The notes under the pieces were generated by a model. The model ran no database searches, was not told where the DNA came from, and saw nothing but the letters and a program-made list of their open reading frames with translations. Source: Bacteroidia bacterium (GTDB taxonomy: Bacteria; Bacteroidota; Bacteroidia; NS11-12g; UBA955). Taken from it: a DNA stretch of 64,000 nucleotides. Positions 1 to 9,885 of this stretch are shown one piece after another. The DNA lies in contig JBBQBB010000006.1 in the NCBI GenBank assembly GCA_038317095.1, positions 21,504-85,503 of the forward strand, in the 5' to 3' direction. The translations under genes and the position numbers were made by a program. Numbering within the stretch: the stretch's first letter is position 1; the number at the start of each line of letters is the position of its first letter.

Positions 1-329
1 ACCACATCATTCTGCCCTAGCATAATGCTTTGGGCTGCCAATGCAATCGATTTCATGCCACTGGCACAAACTTTATTCACCGTAGTGCATGGCACATTGT
101 CTGCAATGCCTGCAAATCGGGCAGCTTGCCTAGCTGGCGCTTGTCCTAAACCTGCTTGTAAAACACAGCCCATATACACTTCATCGATTTCCGATATTGG
201 AATATTGCATTTTTCAATGGCACCTTTTATTGCCAATGCTCCCAAATGGGGGGCACTCACGGTGGATAAGGATCCGTTAAAACTTCCTATTGGCGTGCGC
301 ACCGCCGCTATTACATAAACTTCTTCCAT
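1..329 (-). CDS. acetyl-CoA C-acetyltransferase (thiolase), N-terminal part; the gene runs off the left edge
   Basis: Not in the ORF track because it is open at the window edge. The reverse complement from ATG (329-327) reads [22 protein letters not shown]...[24 protein letters not shown]. This is the canonical thiolase N-terminus with the active-site Cys in NKVCASG. The listed + ORF 25..318 is its antisense shadow. Confidence 0.85.
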   Translation of the reverse strand, partial: MEEVYVIAAVRTPIGSFNGSLSTVSAPHLGALAIKGAIEKCNIPISEIDEVYMGCVLQAGLGQAPARQAARFAGIADNVPCTTVNKVCASGMKSIALAAQSIMLGQNDV

Positions 330-477
330 AAATTGTGGTTTTTAAAACGAGCCGCAAAATTAGACTTTCATATTGAATTAATTTAGTGATGTTTAGCTAT
401 TTTTCTACTTAATTGTAATATTTATTGACAATCTGTAATTTTTAATTTCTGTTCATCGTTAATTTTGTACTTTCTAA

Positions 478-1116
478 ATGCATATGAAGACCATTTTACT
501 TCCATTGTTTCCGTTGCAAATTGTTGTATTTGAAACGGAGGTGCTGCGGTTGCACATTTTCGAACCCCGTTACAAACGTTTAATTCTTGAATGTTTTGAA
601 ACGCAGGCATTTTTTGGAATTCCGTTATTGAATAAAGGAAAATTTGAAGGTTCTGGATGTCAACTGGGGATTGACAGTATTGAAAAAACACATGAAAATG
701 GAGAAATGGATATCATTTGCATAGCCAACCAAAGGTTTAACTTAAAAGAATTATTTGCCGCTAAAGATTACCAAAGCACAGCGTTTGGCGTTGTTGAATT
801 TGTTCCATTTGTTAAGAATGAAGATAAAGAATTGAATTTAAGAATTACCGACCTATTGAACGCACTCATTCATTTGAATCATATAGAAATACCCTTATTA
901 GAGGCCGATGATTTTAATTTTTATGCTTGGATTCACAAATGCGGATTGACTTTGCTTAAAGAAATTGAAATGGTACATTTGCCAAGCACCCATGAAAGGC
1001 AGTTGTATTTAGTAGAACATTTAAAATTGCTCTTTAATTCCACTGAAGAATCGATGCAAATGAAAAAAGTTATTCAATTGAACGGACATTTTAAAAAATT
1101 AAACCAATCATTTTGA
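478..1116 (+). CDS. LON N-terminal (substrate-binding) domain-containing protein
   Basis: LPLFPLQIVVFETEVLRLHIFEPRYKRLILEC matches the Lon N-terminal domain signature (lPlfPL..v.fP...l.L.iFEpRY). No AAA or protease domain is present. Confidence 0.6.
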   Translation: MHMKTILLPLFPLQIVVFETEVLRLHIFEPRYKRLILECFETQAFFGIPLLNKGKFEGSGCQLGIDSIEKTHENGEMDIICIANQRFNLKELFAAKDYQSTAFGVVEFVPFVKNEDKELNLRITDLLNALIHLNHIEIPLLEADDFNFYAWIHKCGLTLLKEIEMVHLPSTHERQLYLVEHLKLLFNSTEESMQMKKVIQLNGHFKKLNQSF

Positions 1117-1790
1117 TTTTAATTGTCGAAACATCTTCCAACATTTGTTCTATAGCGGTTTGCCAATTGGATGGGAAATTGCTAGCAGAGGAATCGGGTT
1201 TACAAAAAAACTCGCATGCGGAAGCCTTACCGCAAATGATAAAAAAGTGGATGTTTGACTATTTTAATGCGGCAGATTTTAATGCCGTTTGTATTTGCAA
1301 AGGACCAGGGAGTTATACAGGATTGCGGATTGGCACAAGCATAGCAAAAGGACTTTGTTATGCGAAGCAAATCCCACTAATTTCGTGCAACTCATTTTAT
1401 GGAATGGCAGTAGGTGCTAAAAAAGAATTTCCTGACGCAGAGGTTTTTATTTCCATGTTGGATGCCAGAAGAGAAGATGTGTATGCAGAAGTTTTTAACC
1501 ACAACTTGGAAATAGAAAAAGGCATTCAAGCGGTAACGTTGACATCCGAAATTTTCAAACAGTTTCATAAAAACGAAGTGGTGGTTTGTGGGAATTCAAA
1601 CGAAAAATGGAATTTACTCACGCAAGGATTTTCCCATATTCAGCATTTCAATACTGAACCCAAGGCTACTTTCTCAATTCAAGAAACGTGTTTAAAATAT
1701 AGCCAACAAGATTTTGAAGATGTTGCCTATTTTGAACCTTTTTATTTGAAAGAGTTTGTTCCCGGTATTCCAAAAAAGACGATTTTATGA
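1113..1790 (+). CDS. tsaB: tRNA threonylcarbamoyladenosine (t6A) biosynthesis protein TsaB
   Basis: ILIVETSS start plus the GPGSYTGLRIG motif typical of YeaZ/TsaB. TTG start overlaps the upstream stop (TTGA). Confidence 0.85.
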   Translation: MILIVETSSNICSIAVCQLDGKLLAEESGLQKNSHAEALPQMIKKWMFDYFNAADFNAVCICKGPGSYTGLRIGTSIAKGLCYAKQIPLISCNSFYGMAVGAKKEFPDAEVFISMLDARREDVYAEVFNHNLEIEKGIQAVTLTSEIFKQFHKNEVVVCGNSNEKWNLLTQGFSHIQHFNTEPKATFSIQETCLKYSQQDFEDVAYFEPFYLKEFVPGIPKKTIL

Positions 1791-2386
1791 GAATATTACT
1801 CATTGACAATTATGACAGTTTTACTTTTAATTTACTGCATTATTTAAAAAATGGAGGTGCAGAAGTAAAGGTAGTCAGAAACGATGCGTTGTCATTATCG
1901 GATTTAAAAATGGAATTTTTTGATGCTGCTTTATTAAGCCCTGGACCATGCGAACCAAAGGATGCTGGCCAATTGATGGATTTTGTCCGAATAAATCGTG
2001 GAAAAAAGCCAATACTGGGCGTTTGTTTAGGTATGCAGGCACTTGCAATTTCTTACCATTGGAAATTAACAAAAGCCGCATATCCAATGCACGGAAAACA
2101 ATCGTTGGTAGAACATAATGGTGATGTGTTATTTCAAGGTATTCCAAATCCCATGCTTGTGGGAAGATACCATTCACTCATAGTTAGTCCTCCTGGGGTA
2201 GGCAATTTAAAATCCATTGCCCATTGTAATGGTGAGGTTATGGCAATTCGGGATTTGGATGAACTTGTTTATGGGGTGCAGTTTCATCCAGAAAGTATAC
2301 TTACACCATTTGGGCAAAAAATAATCGACAATTGGTTAAAATCGGAAAGGCATAGATTGACAATCAACTTTCAAACAACTGATTAA
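1787..2386 (+). CDS. pabA: aminodeoxychorismate/anthranilate synthase component II (glutamine amidotransferase)
   Basis: MRILLIDNYDSFTFNL, GVCLGMQAL (catalytic Cys) and GVQFHPES are class-I GATase TrpG/PabA hallmarks. ATG overlaps the tsaB stop (ATGA). Confidence 0.85.
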   Translation: MRILLIDNYDSFTFNLLHYLKNGGAEVKVVRNDALSLSDLKMEFFDAALLSPGPCEPKDAGQLMDFVRINRGKKPILGVCLGMQALAISYHWKLTKAAYPMHGKQSLVEHNGDVLFQGIPNPMLVGRYHSLIVSPPGVGNLKSIAHCNGEVMAIRDLDELVYGVQFHPESILTPFGQKIIDNWLKSERHRLTINFQTTD

Positions 2387-4163
2387 TTTCATCCCCAATT
2401 TGATGGATAGAATAACCACACAATTCATAAAGCTTTTCGTTATCTCCATGGGTAATAAATTTGTCAGGAATACCCAAGTGTTTTATATTTCCCTTAAAGC
2501 CAATTTGGATTAAATAATCCGCAACACCCTCTCCAAAACCGCCGGCAATGCTGCCATCTTCTATGGTTAGAATGGTTTCAAATTCTTGAGCTACAGCAGC
2601 CAATAATGCAAAATCTAAAGGTTTAACAAATGGAAAGTGAAACAACGCTGGTAAATTTGAATTAAAAGAAATGGCTTTTTCCGCAAAACTTGTTGCAATG
2701 CCTGTTGCAATAATTGCAACTTTACTTCCTTTTTGCATAACTTCTGCTTTCCCAATATTTTTCTTTTCAAACGAAGGATGCACTGAATTTAATAAACCTT
2801 TTCCTTTGGGATAGCGAATGCAAAATGGTTTTTTTGTATGAATCGCAGTATACATTAAATCTTTAAACTCTTGCTCATCTTTGGGTGCAGAAAGAATTAA
2901 ATTGGGGATGCATCGCAAAAAGGAAATATCAAAACTGCCATGGTGTGTAGGACCATCCTCACCAACCAAGCCAGCTCTATCAATGCAAATGACCACTGGT
3001 AAGTTTTGCAAGGCTACATCATGTATGAGCTGATCGTAGCCTCTTTGTAAAAAGGTAGAATAAATATTTACAAAGGGTACAAAGCCTTCAGTAGCTAATC
3101 CAGCTGCAAATGTTATGGCATGTTGTTCAGCAATTCCTACATCAAAAAAGCGGTGTGGAAATTTTTGCATAGCCAATATCATTCCACTTCCGCTTGGCAT
3201 GGCTGGTGTAATTCCCAATAATTCTGGAAATTCTTGGGCAAGTTCTATTAAAGATTCTGCAAAAACATCTTGCCATTTGTGTTGTACAGCAATGTCATGG
3301 GGTTTTATTTTTACATAACGCGAAGTGCTATGCCAAAGGGTTTGCTCATTTTCGGCCGCAGTGAAACCTTTGCCTTTAATTGTTTTTACATGCACAACTT
3401 GGGGCCCGATTTGTTTTTTTATTGCAATAAATAGTTCAACCAATTCCTCGACATTATGGCCATCCACTGGTCCTTGATAAGGCAATCCGAAATTCTCAAA
3501 AATATTTGGAATCTGACTGCTTATTTCTTGTAAATGTTTATCAATTGCGCCAATATTAGGATCAATGCCGATGTGATTGTCGTTAATTACCAATAAAATA
3601 TTTGTATTTGATGAATTTATATTGTTCAAGGCCTCAAAACTCATTCCACCGGTTAAAGCACCATCTCCAACAACAGCTATCATTTTTCTCTCTAGCTCAT
3701 TTTTTAGGGAGGCTGCTACAGCCATCCCTAAAGTTGCCGAAATACTGGTACTTGAATGTCCAGTTCCAAAATGATCAAAAACACTTTCGTCTATTTTAGG
3801 AAATCCAGAAATACCGTTAAATTCACGAATATTTTTCAGATGTTGTTTTCTGCCTGTTAATAATTTATGAATATAGGATTGGTGTCCTACATCCCATACA
3901 ATTCTGTCTTTTTCGAAGTCAAATACATAATGCAACGCTACAGTTAATTCTACAACACCTAAATTACCTGCAAAATGCCCTCCAGATTCAAGAATAGTGT
4001 CAATAAAATAAAGACGTATTTCCTCGCAAAGAAATCGCAAATCATTGACATACAGTTTTTTAAGGTCTGATGGGGAATTTATTTTATCTAGGAACTTCAC
4101 AGAAATATTATGAACGACAAATTTAAGCTTTTGGAGATACAATTTTAAAAAATCATTTTGCAA
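2364..4163 (-). CDS. dxs: 1-deoxy-D-xylulose-5-phosphate synthase
   Basis: 599 aa. Motifs GGHFAGNLGVVELTVALHYVF, WDVGHQSYIHKLLTGR, GDGALTGGMSFEALNN (TPP binding) and IAEQHAITFAAGLA. Confidence 0.95.
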   Translation of the reverse strand: MQNDFLKLYLQKLKFVVHNISVKFLDKINSPSDLKKLYVNDLRFLCEEIRLYFIDTILESGGHFAGNLGVVELTVALHYVFDFEKDRIVWDVGHQSYIHKLLTGRKQHLKNIREFNGISGFPKIDESVFDHFGTGHSSTSISATLGMAVAASLKNELERKMIAVVGDGALTGGMSFEALNNINSSNTNILLVINDNHIGIDPNIGAIDKHLQEISSQIPNIFENFGLPYQGPVDGHNVEELVELFIAIKKQIGPQVVHVKTIKGKGFTAAENEQTLWHSTSRYVKIKPHDIAVQHKWQDVFAESLIELAQEFPELLGITPAMPSGSGMILAMQKFPHRFFDVGIAEQHAITFAAGLATEGFVPFVNIYSTFLQRGYDQLIHDVALQNLPVVICIDRAGLVGEDGPTHHGSFDISFLRCIPNLILSAPKDEQEFKDLMYTAIHTKKPFCIRYPKGKGLLNSVHPSFEKKNIGKAEVMQKGSKVAIIATGIATSFAEKAISFNSNLPALFHFPFVKPLDFALLAAVAQEFETILTIEDGSIAGGFGEGVADYLIQIGFKGNIKHLGIPDKFITHGDNEKLYELCGYSIHQIGDEINQLFES

Positions 4164-4586
4164 TTGCTAGGCAGGCGAGATTTTATTTTTTATAAATTGG
4201 AAATTGGAACTCGAAAAAGAAATAATTCAAAAAAAATGGAAAAAAGGATAAAAACTGAGGATATAAATTGCCATTTACACTTAAAAAATGAGTCAATTTA
4301 CTTAAAAATGGCAATAATTATCCGATTTTCATTTTAAATACAAGCATTTATCCACACATCATATTTGTAATTTACAATGTATGTCCAAAAAAGAGGTATT
4401 GTGAATTAATGCATATATGGGTCAACGGTTTTGATATTTTTAATGGCGATAATAATGGGAATAAAATGCTTTAAAAAGCAATGAAAATATGTCAATATCC
4501 ACATTTTTAAAAACAATTAATAAATAGAGGCGGTAGTTTCTTAAAAAATATTTTGAAATTTGCAACATTAACCAATAAAGAAAAAT

Positions 4587-5357
4587 ATGCCACGTAAACC
4601 AAAAGCAGTAAAAGCACCTGCAAGTGCACCTGCTCCCAAAAAAAGGGGACGTAAGCCCGGTACTAAGAACAAAGCTACTGGTGCAAAAAGAGGTCGTAAG
4701 ACTAAGAAAACAACTATTTTTGATGCACTTGAAAAAGAAGTTGCATCTATTTCAAAAGCAATTGCAAAAGCAAAAGTTGCTGCTGCACGCGAAACCGTAA
4801 AATTAGAAGCAAAAGCTGAAGCAGGTGTTAAACGTGCAAAAGTATCTGCAGCTAAAAGAATTGCAAATGTTAAAGCAAAAGCGAAAGCAAAAAAGGTCCG
4901 TAAACCTGGTCGTCCAGCAAAAAAGACAACCGCCAAAGTAGCTGGTCGCAAACCTGGTCGTCCTGCAAAAGCAGCAACCAAAAAAGCGGCTAAGCCAGCG
5001 GCAAAAAAGGTAGCTACAAAAAAGGCGGCAAAGCCTGCAACCAAAAAAGCAGCTACGAAGAAAGCTGTAAAACCTGCAACCAAAAAAGCAGCAAAACCAG
5101 TAACTAAGAAGGCGGCTAAGCCAGCAACTAAGAAAGCAGCAAAACCAGCAACCAAGAAGGCGGCTAAACCTGCAGCTAAGAAGGCTGCAAAACCAGCAAC
5201 TAAAAAGGCGGCTAAACCTGCAGCTAAGAAAGCAGCAAAACCAGCAACCAAAAAAGCGGCTACCAAAAAAGGTGTTAAACCAGCGGCTCCCGCTGCTCCA
5301 GTTGCGCCAAAACCAACAGGTTCAGAAGGTGGAAGCACGCCCCCAGCTACAAATTAA
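4587..5357 (+). CDS. histone H1-like / AT-hook Lys-Ala-rich DNA-binding protein
   Basis: N-terminal KRGRKPG, KRGRKTK and two RKPGRPAK (AT-hook-like GRP cores), then about 13 KKAAKPAT octapeptide repeats. ATG start, and a hairpin terminator follows directly. Confidence 0.75.
   Translation: MPRKPKAVKAPASAPAPKKRGRKPGTKNKATGAKRGRKTKKTTIFDALEKEVASISKAIAKAKVAAARETVKLEAKAEAGVKRAKVSAAKRIANVKAKAKAKKVRKPGRPAKKTTAKVAGRKPGRPAKAATKKAAKPAAKKVATKKAAKPATKKAATKKAVKPATKKAAKPVTKKAAKPATKKAAKPATKKAAKPAAKKAAKPATKKAAKPAAKKAAKPATKKAATKKGVKPAAPAAPVAPKPTGSEGGSTPPATN
4966..5290 (+). repeat. 24-bp coding tandem repeat (KKAAKPAT units) with a 48-bp higher-order duplication
   Basis: Read directly: reiterated aaaaaagc(g/a)gc(t/a)aa(a/g)cc(a/t)gcaac units. 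5154-5201 and 5202-5249 are near-identical 48-mers. Confidence 0.85.
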
Positions 5358-5376
5358 TATCAATTTACATTTTTCA

Positions 5377-5403
5377 AAAGGGCCATTTAGGCCCTTTTTT
5401 TTG
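5377..5403. terminator. bidirectional rho-independent terminator between convergent genes
   Basis: aaaaGGGCCatttaGGCCCtttttttt: a 5-bp GC stem flanked by an A-run and a T-run. It overlaps the last codons of prmC. Confidence 0.7.
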
Positions 5404-6163
5404 CTTTAACAAATCTAAAATTACCACTCATATCTTTGGTGATTTCAAAGGAAATATCTTTTCCAAAAATGTCCCTGAAATCGGCAGCGTAATGTGGATT
5501 TATTTCAGCCCAAAGTTCACAACCTTCCTTCTCCTGTCGGCGCAACAAATTGGCAAGTCCACGGTAAAAAATAAGAGAATCTGCTCCAACGGGAAACAAA
5601 GCCCCATGCGGTTCCCATAATTTTACATGGTCAGGCATTTCTGGGTATTCGTTTTTGTGAATATAAGGCGGGTTAGAAATGATGAAATCACAATCAGTTG
5701 GCAATTCCTCACTACTTAAAAAATCTAAACATAGGAAATTGATGGCGTTTTGTACTCCCAATTTATTGGCATTTGTTTTGGCAACCACAATGGTTTCCAT
5801 CGAATTGTCTATGGCTGTAATTTGCAAATTGGGTATTTCTTTAGCCAACGTAATGGCAATACATCCACTGCCGGTGCCTACATCTATGCCTTTTTGTTTT
5901 TTGGGCAAACGGTTTTTAAGAAATAAATAACAAAGTTCTTCTGTTTCAGGCCTGGGTATCAAGGTATGCTCATTTACCCCAAATTTACGCCCATAGAACC
6001 ATGCAAAGCCTGTAATATATTGAATGGGTTCACCCAACATTAGCCTACTAAGAGAAGTGGTGTCATCCAATAAATTTGATTCTTTTAAAAGGATATAAAT
6101 TGCTTTGGCCTCGTCCAAATTATACAAATCCGAAACATTTGTTGCAAATATTTTTAAGTCCAT
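5387..6163 (-). CDS. prmC: peptide chain release factor N5-glutamine methyltransferase
   Basis: GIDVGTGSGCIAITLA (SAM motif I) and IISNPPYI (the NPPY catalytic motif of HemK/PrmC). Confidence 0.85.
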   Translation of the reverse strand: MDLKIFATNVSDLYNLDEAKAIYILLKESNLLDDTTSLSRLMLGEPIQYITGFAWFYGRKFGVNEHTLIPRPETEELCYLFLKNRLPKKQKGIDVGTGSGCIAITLAKEIPNLQITAIDNSMETIVVAKTNANKLGVQNAINFLCLDFLSSEELPTDCDFIISNPPYIHKNEYPEMPDHVKLWEPHGALFPVGADSLIFYRGLANLLRRQEKEGCELWAEINPHYAADFRDIFGKDISFEITKDMSGNFRFVKAKKRA

Positions 6164-6168
6164 TTATG

Positions 6169-8736
6169 TTATTTCTTTAGCATGGAGAATGTTAGTTTTG
6201 ACTGAATTCGACTACCGTGATTGTTAAAAAGTTCCGCAAATAATATATAATTCCCGGCTTGTATAACCTGTCCTTCCATGTCTCCATTCCAAAACAATTC
6301 GCCCGTTTGGTTTAATTGTAAATTGTTAAATATTTTACCAATGCTACTTCCATTTTCAGCAAACAAGGTTGCTGTTAAAAAATAACCAGCTTCATTGAAG
6401 TGGTAATGAATTTGAAGTTGATCATTATCTCCATCATTGTCGGGTGAAAACCAATCGCTTTCTAAACTGATTTTACTTTTTTGGTCCGAGGGTTTTTCAA
6501 ATTGAGAATTTGTATGTCCAGGGGTTGCAAAGTCCGATACCGAGGAAGCACTGTTCCAATTGTTTTGAACCGCAGATGACAAATTTGGATTTATCTTTTC
6601 CAACGAAACACCCTCTCTGTTTTTAAGAATAGGGGTATGCATATTGGCGTTGTAATTGAATTTGTCTATGATTTTGCCATCTCCATTTGTGATAGCCGCA
6701 AAACCAGATTCATTAGACCAAGATGGCAAAGCAGTTGTTTCAAAAACACGATTGGTATTGTTGGTTTTATATTGCGCGAGGGTTGATTTCTTTTGGGTTG
6801 TAAAAGCAATATAATCTCCAGGCAGTAAATTATATCCATCGGCAATAGGGGAAATGGAAGTCAATATTTTCCCAAGATTATCTAGGCTGCAAATACGGAT
6901 ATTTTTCAAATCAACAATATTTTGAGAAATATTTACAATTTCAATAAAATCACTTTGGGTTTCAATGGGGTCAAACAACAATTCATTGATTGAAAGTGAC
7001 ATGGAATCTATGGATTTGGTGCCATATCCAAATGGATTTTGGGCATCCTGCAGTGCGGTTCCGAAACAAGAAATTAGGCCAGTGGTATTTAAGTGCAATA
7101 TTATATTGGATGCAAATGGTTTTGAAAAAGTCAAATACAATTTATTTTCGGACAATCTGCTTTCCATTGGATGTTCTGCATTTTCAAGGATGGTGAATTG
7201 AAGCAGATTGTTTATTGAATTTGCATTTAAAGGGTATTTAAAATTTAATACAGCATGCATATTATCTGGGCAATAGACATTTACAATAGAATTTAATTCG
7301 GGATATATTGCCCCTGCTATGGAATTTATTTTTCCTGGGGAGCCACCGCCTGATACGGAAGATTTCCAATTGTCTTCGTTAAGGCACCACATGGCAGTAT
7401 CTATGCGTTCCAAACTCCACCCCCCTTTTTTTTTCCAAGTTTCAACATGCCAGTTTACGGAGTAATTTATTTGCGAAATCGTATCTCCAAACTGGTTTAT
7501 TATGCTTATAAGATCTTCATCATTGTTTAGTGAAGGAAAATCATCACAACCTGTCCAATTGCTAATTTTCATTGCTGAAAATGCACCTGTATTCTTCGAT
7601 AATAATGTATATTCTCCGGGACCTATAACACTATCAGGCAGGATATATCCAGCGCTTCGATCTGAAATTTTACAATGGTTCAAACTCAAATATTTATTTG
7701 AAATATTTAGCAATTCTACATATTCCTCTTCAGGCAATGCGCCAGCGGATGGTGAAGGATTTGACATGATTTCGTTTACAATAAGGTCTCCAAAAATTGG
7801 TGTATCTATATATCGATATTTAAATGCAATGGAATGAAATGGTGCACTATTGGCCTGAAAATCTTCAAAGTCTTGGCACAGAAGATTGTATGTTTTTTGT
7901 TTTATAAAAACTTTTGTAAAAAAGATAATAATATGGGTTCTATTTAAACTGTCTAAATAAATGGAAGCAGGTTTGCCCACTCCGGGGATGTTGAAATTGG
8001 CAGTATCTGCTTTTGCTATGGCCTTGTTTACATACAATTCTAGCCAATTGGGGAAAGCCAAAATTTTATCTATTTTGGGGACTGAATTATCTGCAGTTCT
8101 ATTGCCTAAATAAACATTATCAAAATAGCATTTGCCTATAGCTGTGGTGCCACTTTGTTGTATTTTTATGCCGCAATATGCCCCATTCCAGTTGAGTGTG
8201 TCGGGAGAGGTACCTTCTAATATCCAAGCATTCGTTTTATAATTTAAATAGTACAGGTTGACAAATCCATTTCCATTTCTGACCAGGCGAATCATAAGTT
8301 TTGAGGAAGTAGTGTTTAATAAACCTGCTTTTCCTGAAATAAGGGGAGTTGTTTTTCCTTGATTTAATTTGTAAAGGGTTAAATTGTCTTTTGTATCCCC
8401 AATGCGAATAAAGTACCCGTTTTTGGCATTTTCTACCAATGTGTCTGCGCTGATAAAATATTCAATGTAATTGGCACTTGAAGGGTTAATTCCAAGGTCA
8501 ATATCAATCGAGGCTAGAGTAGGGTTGGGATAATTTCTTTTAGCAGAAATGCCATATTGAATATTTCCACCATTGGTATTTGTATTGTGCAGCCTACCGC
8601 CAATGGCTTCAAAATCAGAAGTATTGTAGGTCCAAACTGGGTTCAAACTCAAATTCCCGTCAGAAAAACTATCTGTTAATTGCCCATACGAATAGCACCA
8701 CTGCATAGCAATGCCAATAAATGCCAATACCCTCAT
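6169..8736 (-). CDS. lamin-tail-domain (LTD) surface protein with a CHU_C/FlgD-Ig-like C-terminal domain
   Basis: Two LTD-type segments (LIVNEIMSNPSPS...EEYVELLNIS and LSINELLFDPIE..DFIEIVNIS). The C-terminus has FSPDNDGDNDQLQIHY. I chose the start at MRVLAFIGIAMQWCYSYGQ (signal peptide) rather than the track start 8808, which would overlap the upstream gene. Confidence 0.7.
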   Translation of the reverse strand: MRVLAFIGIAMQWCYSYGQLTDSFSDGNLSLNPVWTYNTSDFEAIGGRLHNTNTNGGNIQYGISAKRNYPNPTLASIDIDLGINPSSANYIEYFISADTLVENAKNGYFIRIGDTKDNLTLYKLNQGKTTPLISGKAGLLNTTSSKLMIRLVRNGNGFVNLYYLNYKTNAWILEGTSPDTLNWNGAYCGIKIQQSGTTAIGKCYFDNVYLGNRTADNSVPKIDKILAFPNWLELYVNKAIAKADTANFNIPGVGKPASIYLDSLNRTHIIIFFTKVFIKQKTYNLLCQDFEDFQANSAPFHSIAFKYRYIDTPIFGDLIVNEIMSNPSPSAGALPEEEYVELLNISNKYLSLNHCKISDRSAGYILPDSVIGPGEYTLLSKNTGAFSAMKISNWTGCDDFPSLNNDEDLISIINQFGDTISQINYSVNWHVETWKKKGGWSLERIDTAMWCLNEDNWKSSVSGGGSPGKINSIAGAIYPELNSIVNVYCPDNMHAVLNFKYPLNANSINNLLQFTILENAEHPMESRLSENKLYLTFSKPFASNIILHLNTTGLISCFGTALQDAQNPFGYGTKSIDSMSLSINELLFDPIETQSDFIEIVNISQNIVDLKNIRICSLDNLGKILTSISPIADGYNLLPGDYIAFTTQKKSTLAQYKTNNTNRVFETTALPSWSNESGFAAITNGDGKIIDKFNYNANMHTPILKNREGVSLEKINPNLSSAVQNNWNSASSVSDFATPGHTNSQFEKPSDQKSKISLESDWFSPDNDGDNDQLQIHYHFNEAGYFLTATLFAENGSSIGKIFNNLQLNQTGELFWNGDMEGQVIQAGNYILFAELFNNHGSRIQSKLTFSMLKK

Positions 8737-8767
8737 TACACAAAAAAAAACATTTCTTTCTACAAAA

Positions 8768-9883
8768 TCAAGTTTTATATACACGATTTTTCCAAGTGTA
8801 CTTTCCAAATAGACCTAACATGCCCGAAACTGGGGTAATGAAAAGCTGTAAGAGACTTACCATGAGCTGATCTGTTAAGTCTATATTCAAAGAAAAAAAA
8901 CTGCGAATGCGGGTAAAGAAAAACATATCACCCATTACTTTCAGTAACAAAGGGATGCTGCCCAAGAAAATACCGGAGTAAAAAAGATTAAATAGCAATG
9001 CGATGTAGAAAAATGCAATGGCAAATTGAACGAAAAGAACACTTGGGTTCCTATGGTGTCTGCCTTTGGAAGCCCAGCGAATTCGTTGGTTTAACAAAGC
9101 AAAGAGGCCATGCTGAGTTTCTGTTTGAACCATTGCATCTGTTGATTTAAGAAACTTTGTTTTTTCAGGGGAAAGCATATTAAATTTATGGAGAAGAAAT
9201 TCATCATCGCCCGAAGGAATGTTCTCATTTCCGGAATAACCTGCTACCTCAAAAAATACGGCTTTCCGAAAACACAAATTGGCTCCATTTGCCATAAAAC
9301 CACCGCCATTGCGCAAGGCTACAGCAGTTATTCCAATCAAAGCAGTATTTTCAATTACTTGGTAAGTGTCTAAAATGCTTGGGACGGATGGGAAATTGTA
9401 TTGAACTGGTCCCAAAATCATATTCACATTCCGGTTTTGTATTGCGGCATTAAACGCATTTAACCAGTTTGCAGGCAATCTGCAATCTGCATCGGTAGTA
9501 ACTATAAAATCAAAACGAGAATTGTTAACTCCGTGGGTAATTGCCGCCTTTTTTCCCTCCATATCTGCGCTATTTTGAATGAACTGACGATTGAATTTCT
9601 GCTTTTCACAGGCCTTTTCAATTGTATGTTGGCTATTGTCGGTAGAATGGTCGTTGCAAAAAATAATTTCATATAAATTGATAGGGTAATTTAATTTTCC
9701 TATCGATTCAATGAGGTTGGGCAAATTCTGGTCCTCATTTCTAAACGGGACAACGATGCTAAATGCTATCTTTTCGGTAGTTTCGATAAAATCGACCTCT
9801 ACCTTAATGTTTTGAAATATTTCTCCTATGATAAACAATAGGCATACATATATTGCTGAAATTACTACAAGTAACAATGTCAT
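8768..9883 (-). CDS. glycosyltransferase family 2 protein (membrane-anchored)
   Basis: FSIVVPFRNEDQNLPNLIESI, TTDADC (DXD-like) and QRIRWASKG (the Q(R/Q)xRW motif of processive GT2), with N- and C-terminal TM segments. Confidence 0.8.
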   Translation of the reverse strand: MTLLLVVISAIYVCLLFIIGEIFQNIKVEVDFIETTEKIAFSIVVPFRNEDQNLPNLIESIGKLNYPINLYEIIFCNDHSTDNSQHTIEKACEKQKFNRQFIQNSADMEGKKAAITHGVNNSRFDFIVTTDADCRLPANWLNAFNAAIQNRNVNMILGPVQYNFPSVPSILDTYQVIENTALIGITAVALRNGGGFMANGANLCFRKAVFFEVAGYSGNENIPSGDDEFLLHKFNMLSPEKTKFLKSTDAMVQTETQHGLFALLNQRIRWASKGRHHRNPSVLFVQFAIAFFYIALLFNLFYSGIFLGSIPLLLKVMGDMFFFTRIRSFFSLNIDLTDQLMVSLLQLFITPVSGMLGLFGKYTWKNRVYKT

Positions 9884-9885
9884 AT

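Noticed and set aside
25-318. 97-aa plus-strand ORF at the left edge
   Set aside because: The opposite strand encodes an unmistakable thiolase N-terminus across the same bases. The + ORF has no recognisable features.
4568-5338. 256-aa minus-strand ORF (Ala/Phe/Leu/Gly-rich) exactly mirroring the histone-like gene
   Set aside because: It is the antisense shadow of a low-complexity Lys/Ala repeat (AAG/GCN read backwards gives CTT/NGC). It has no independent start context or terminator. The plus-strand gene has an ATG, AT-hook motifs and a terminator.
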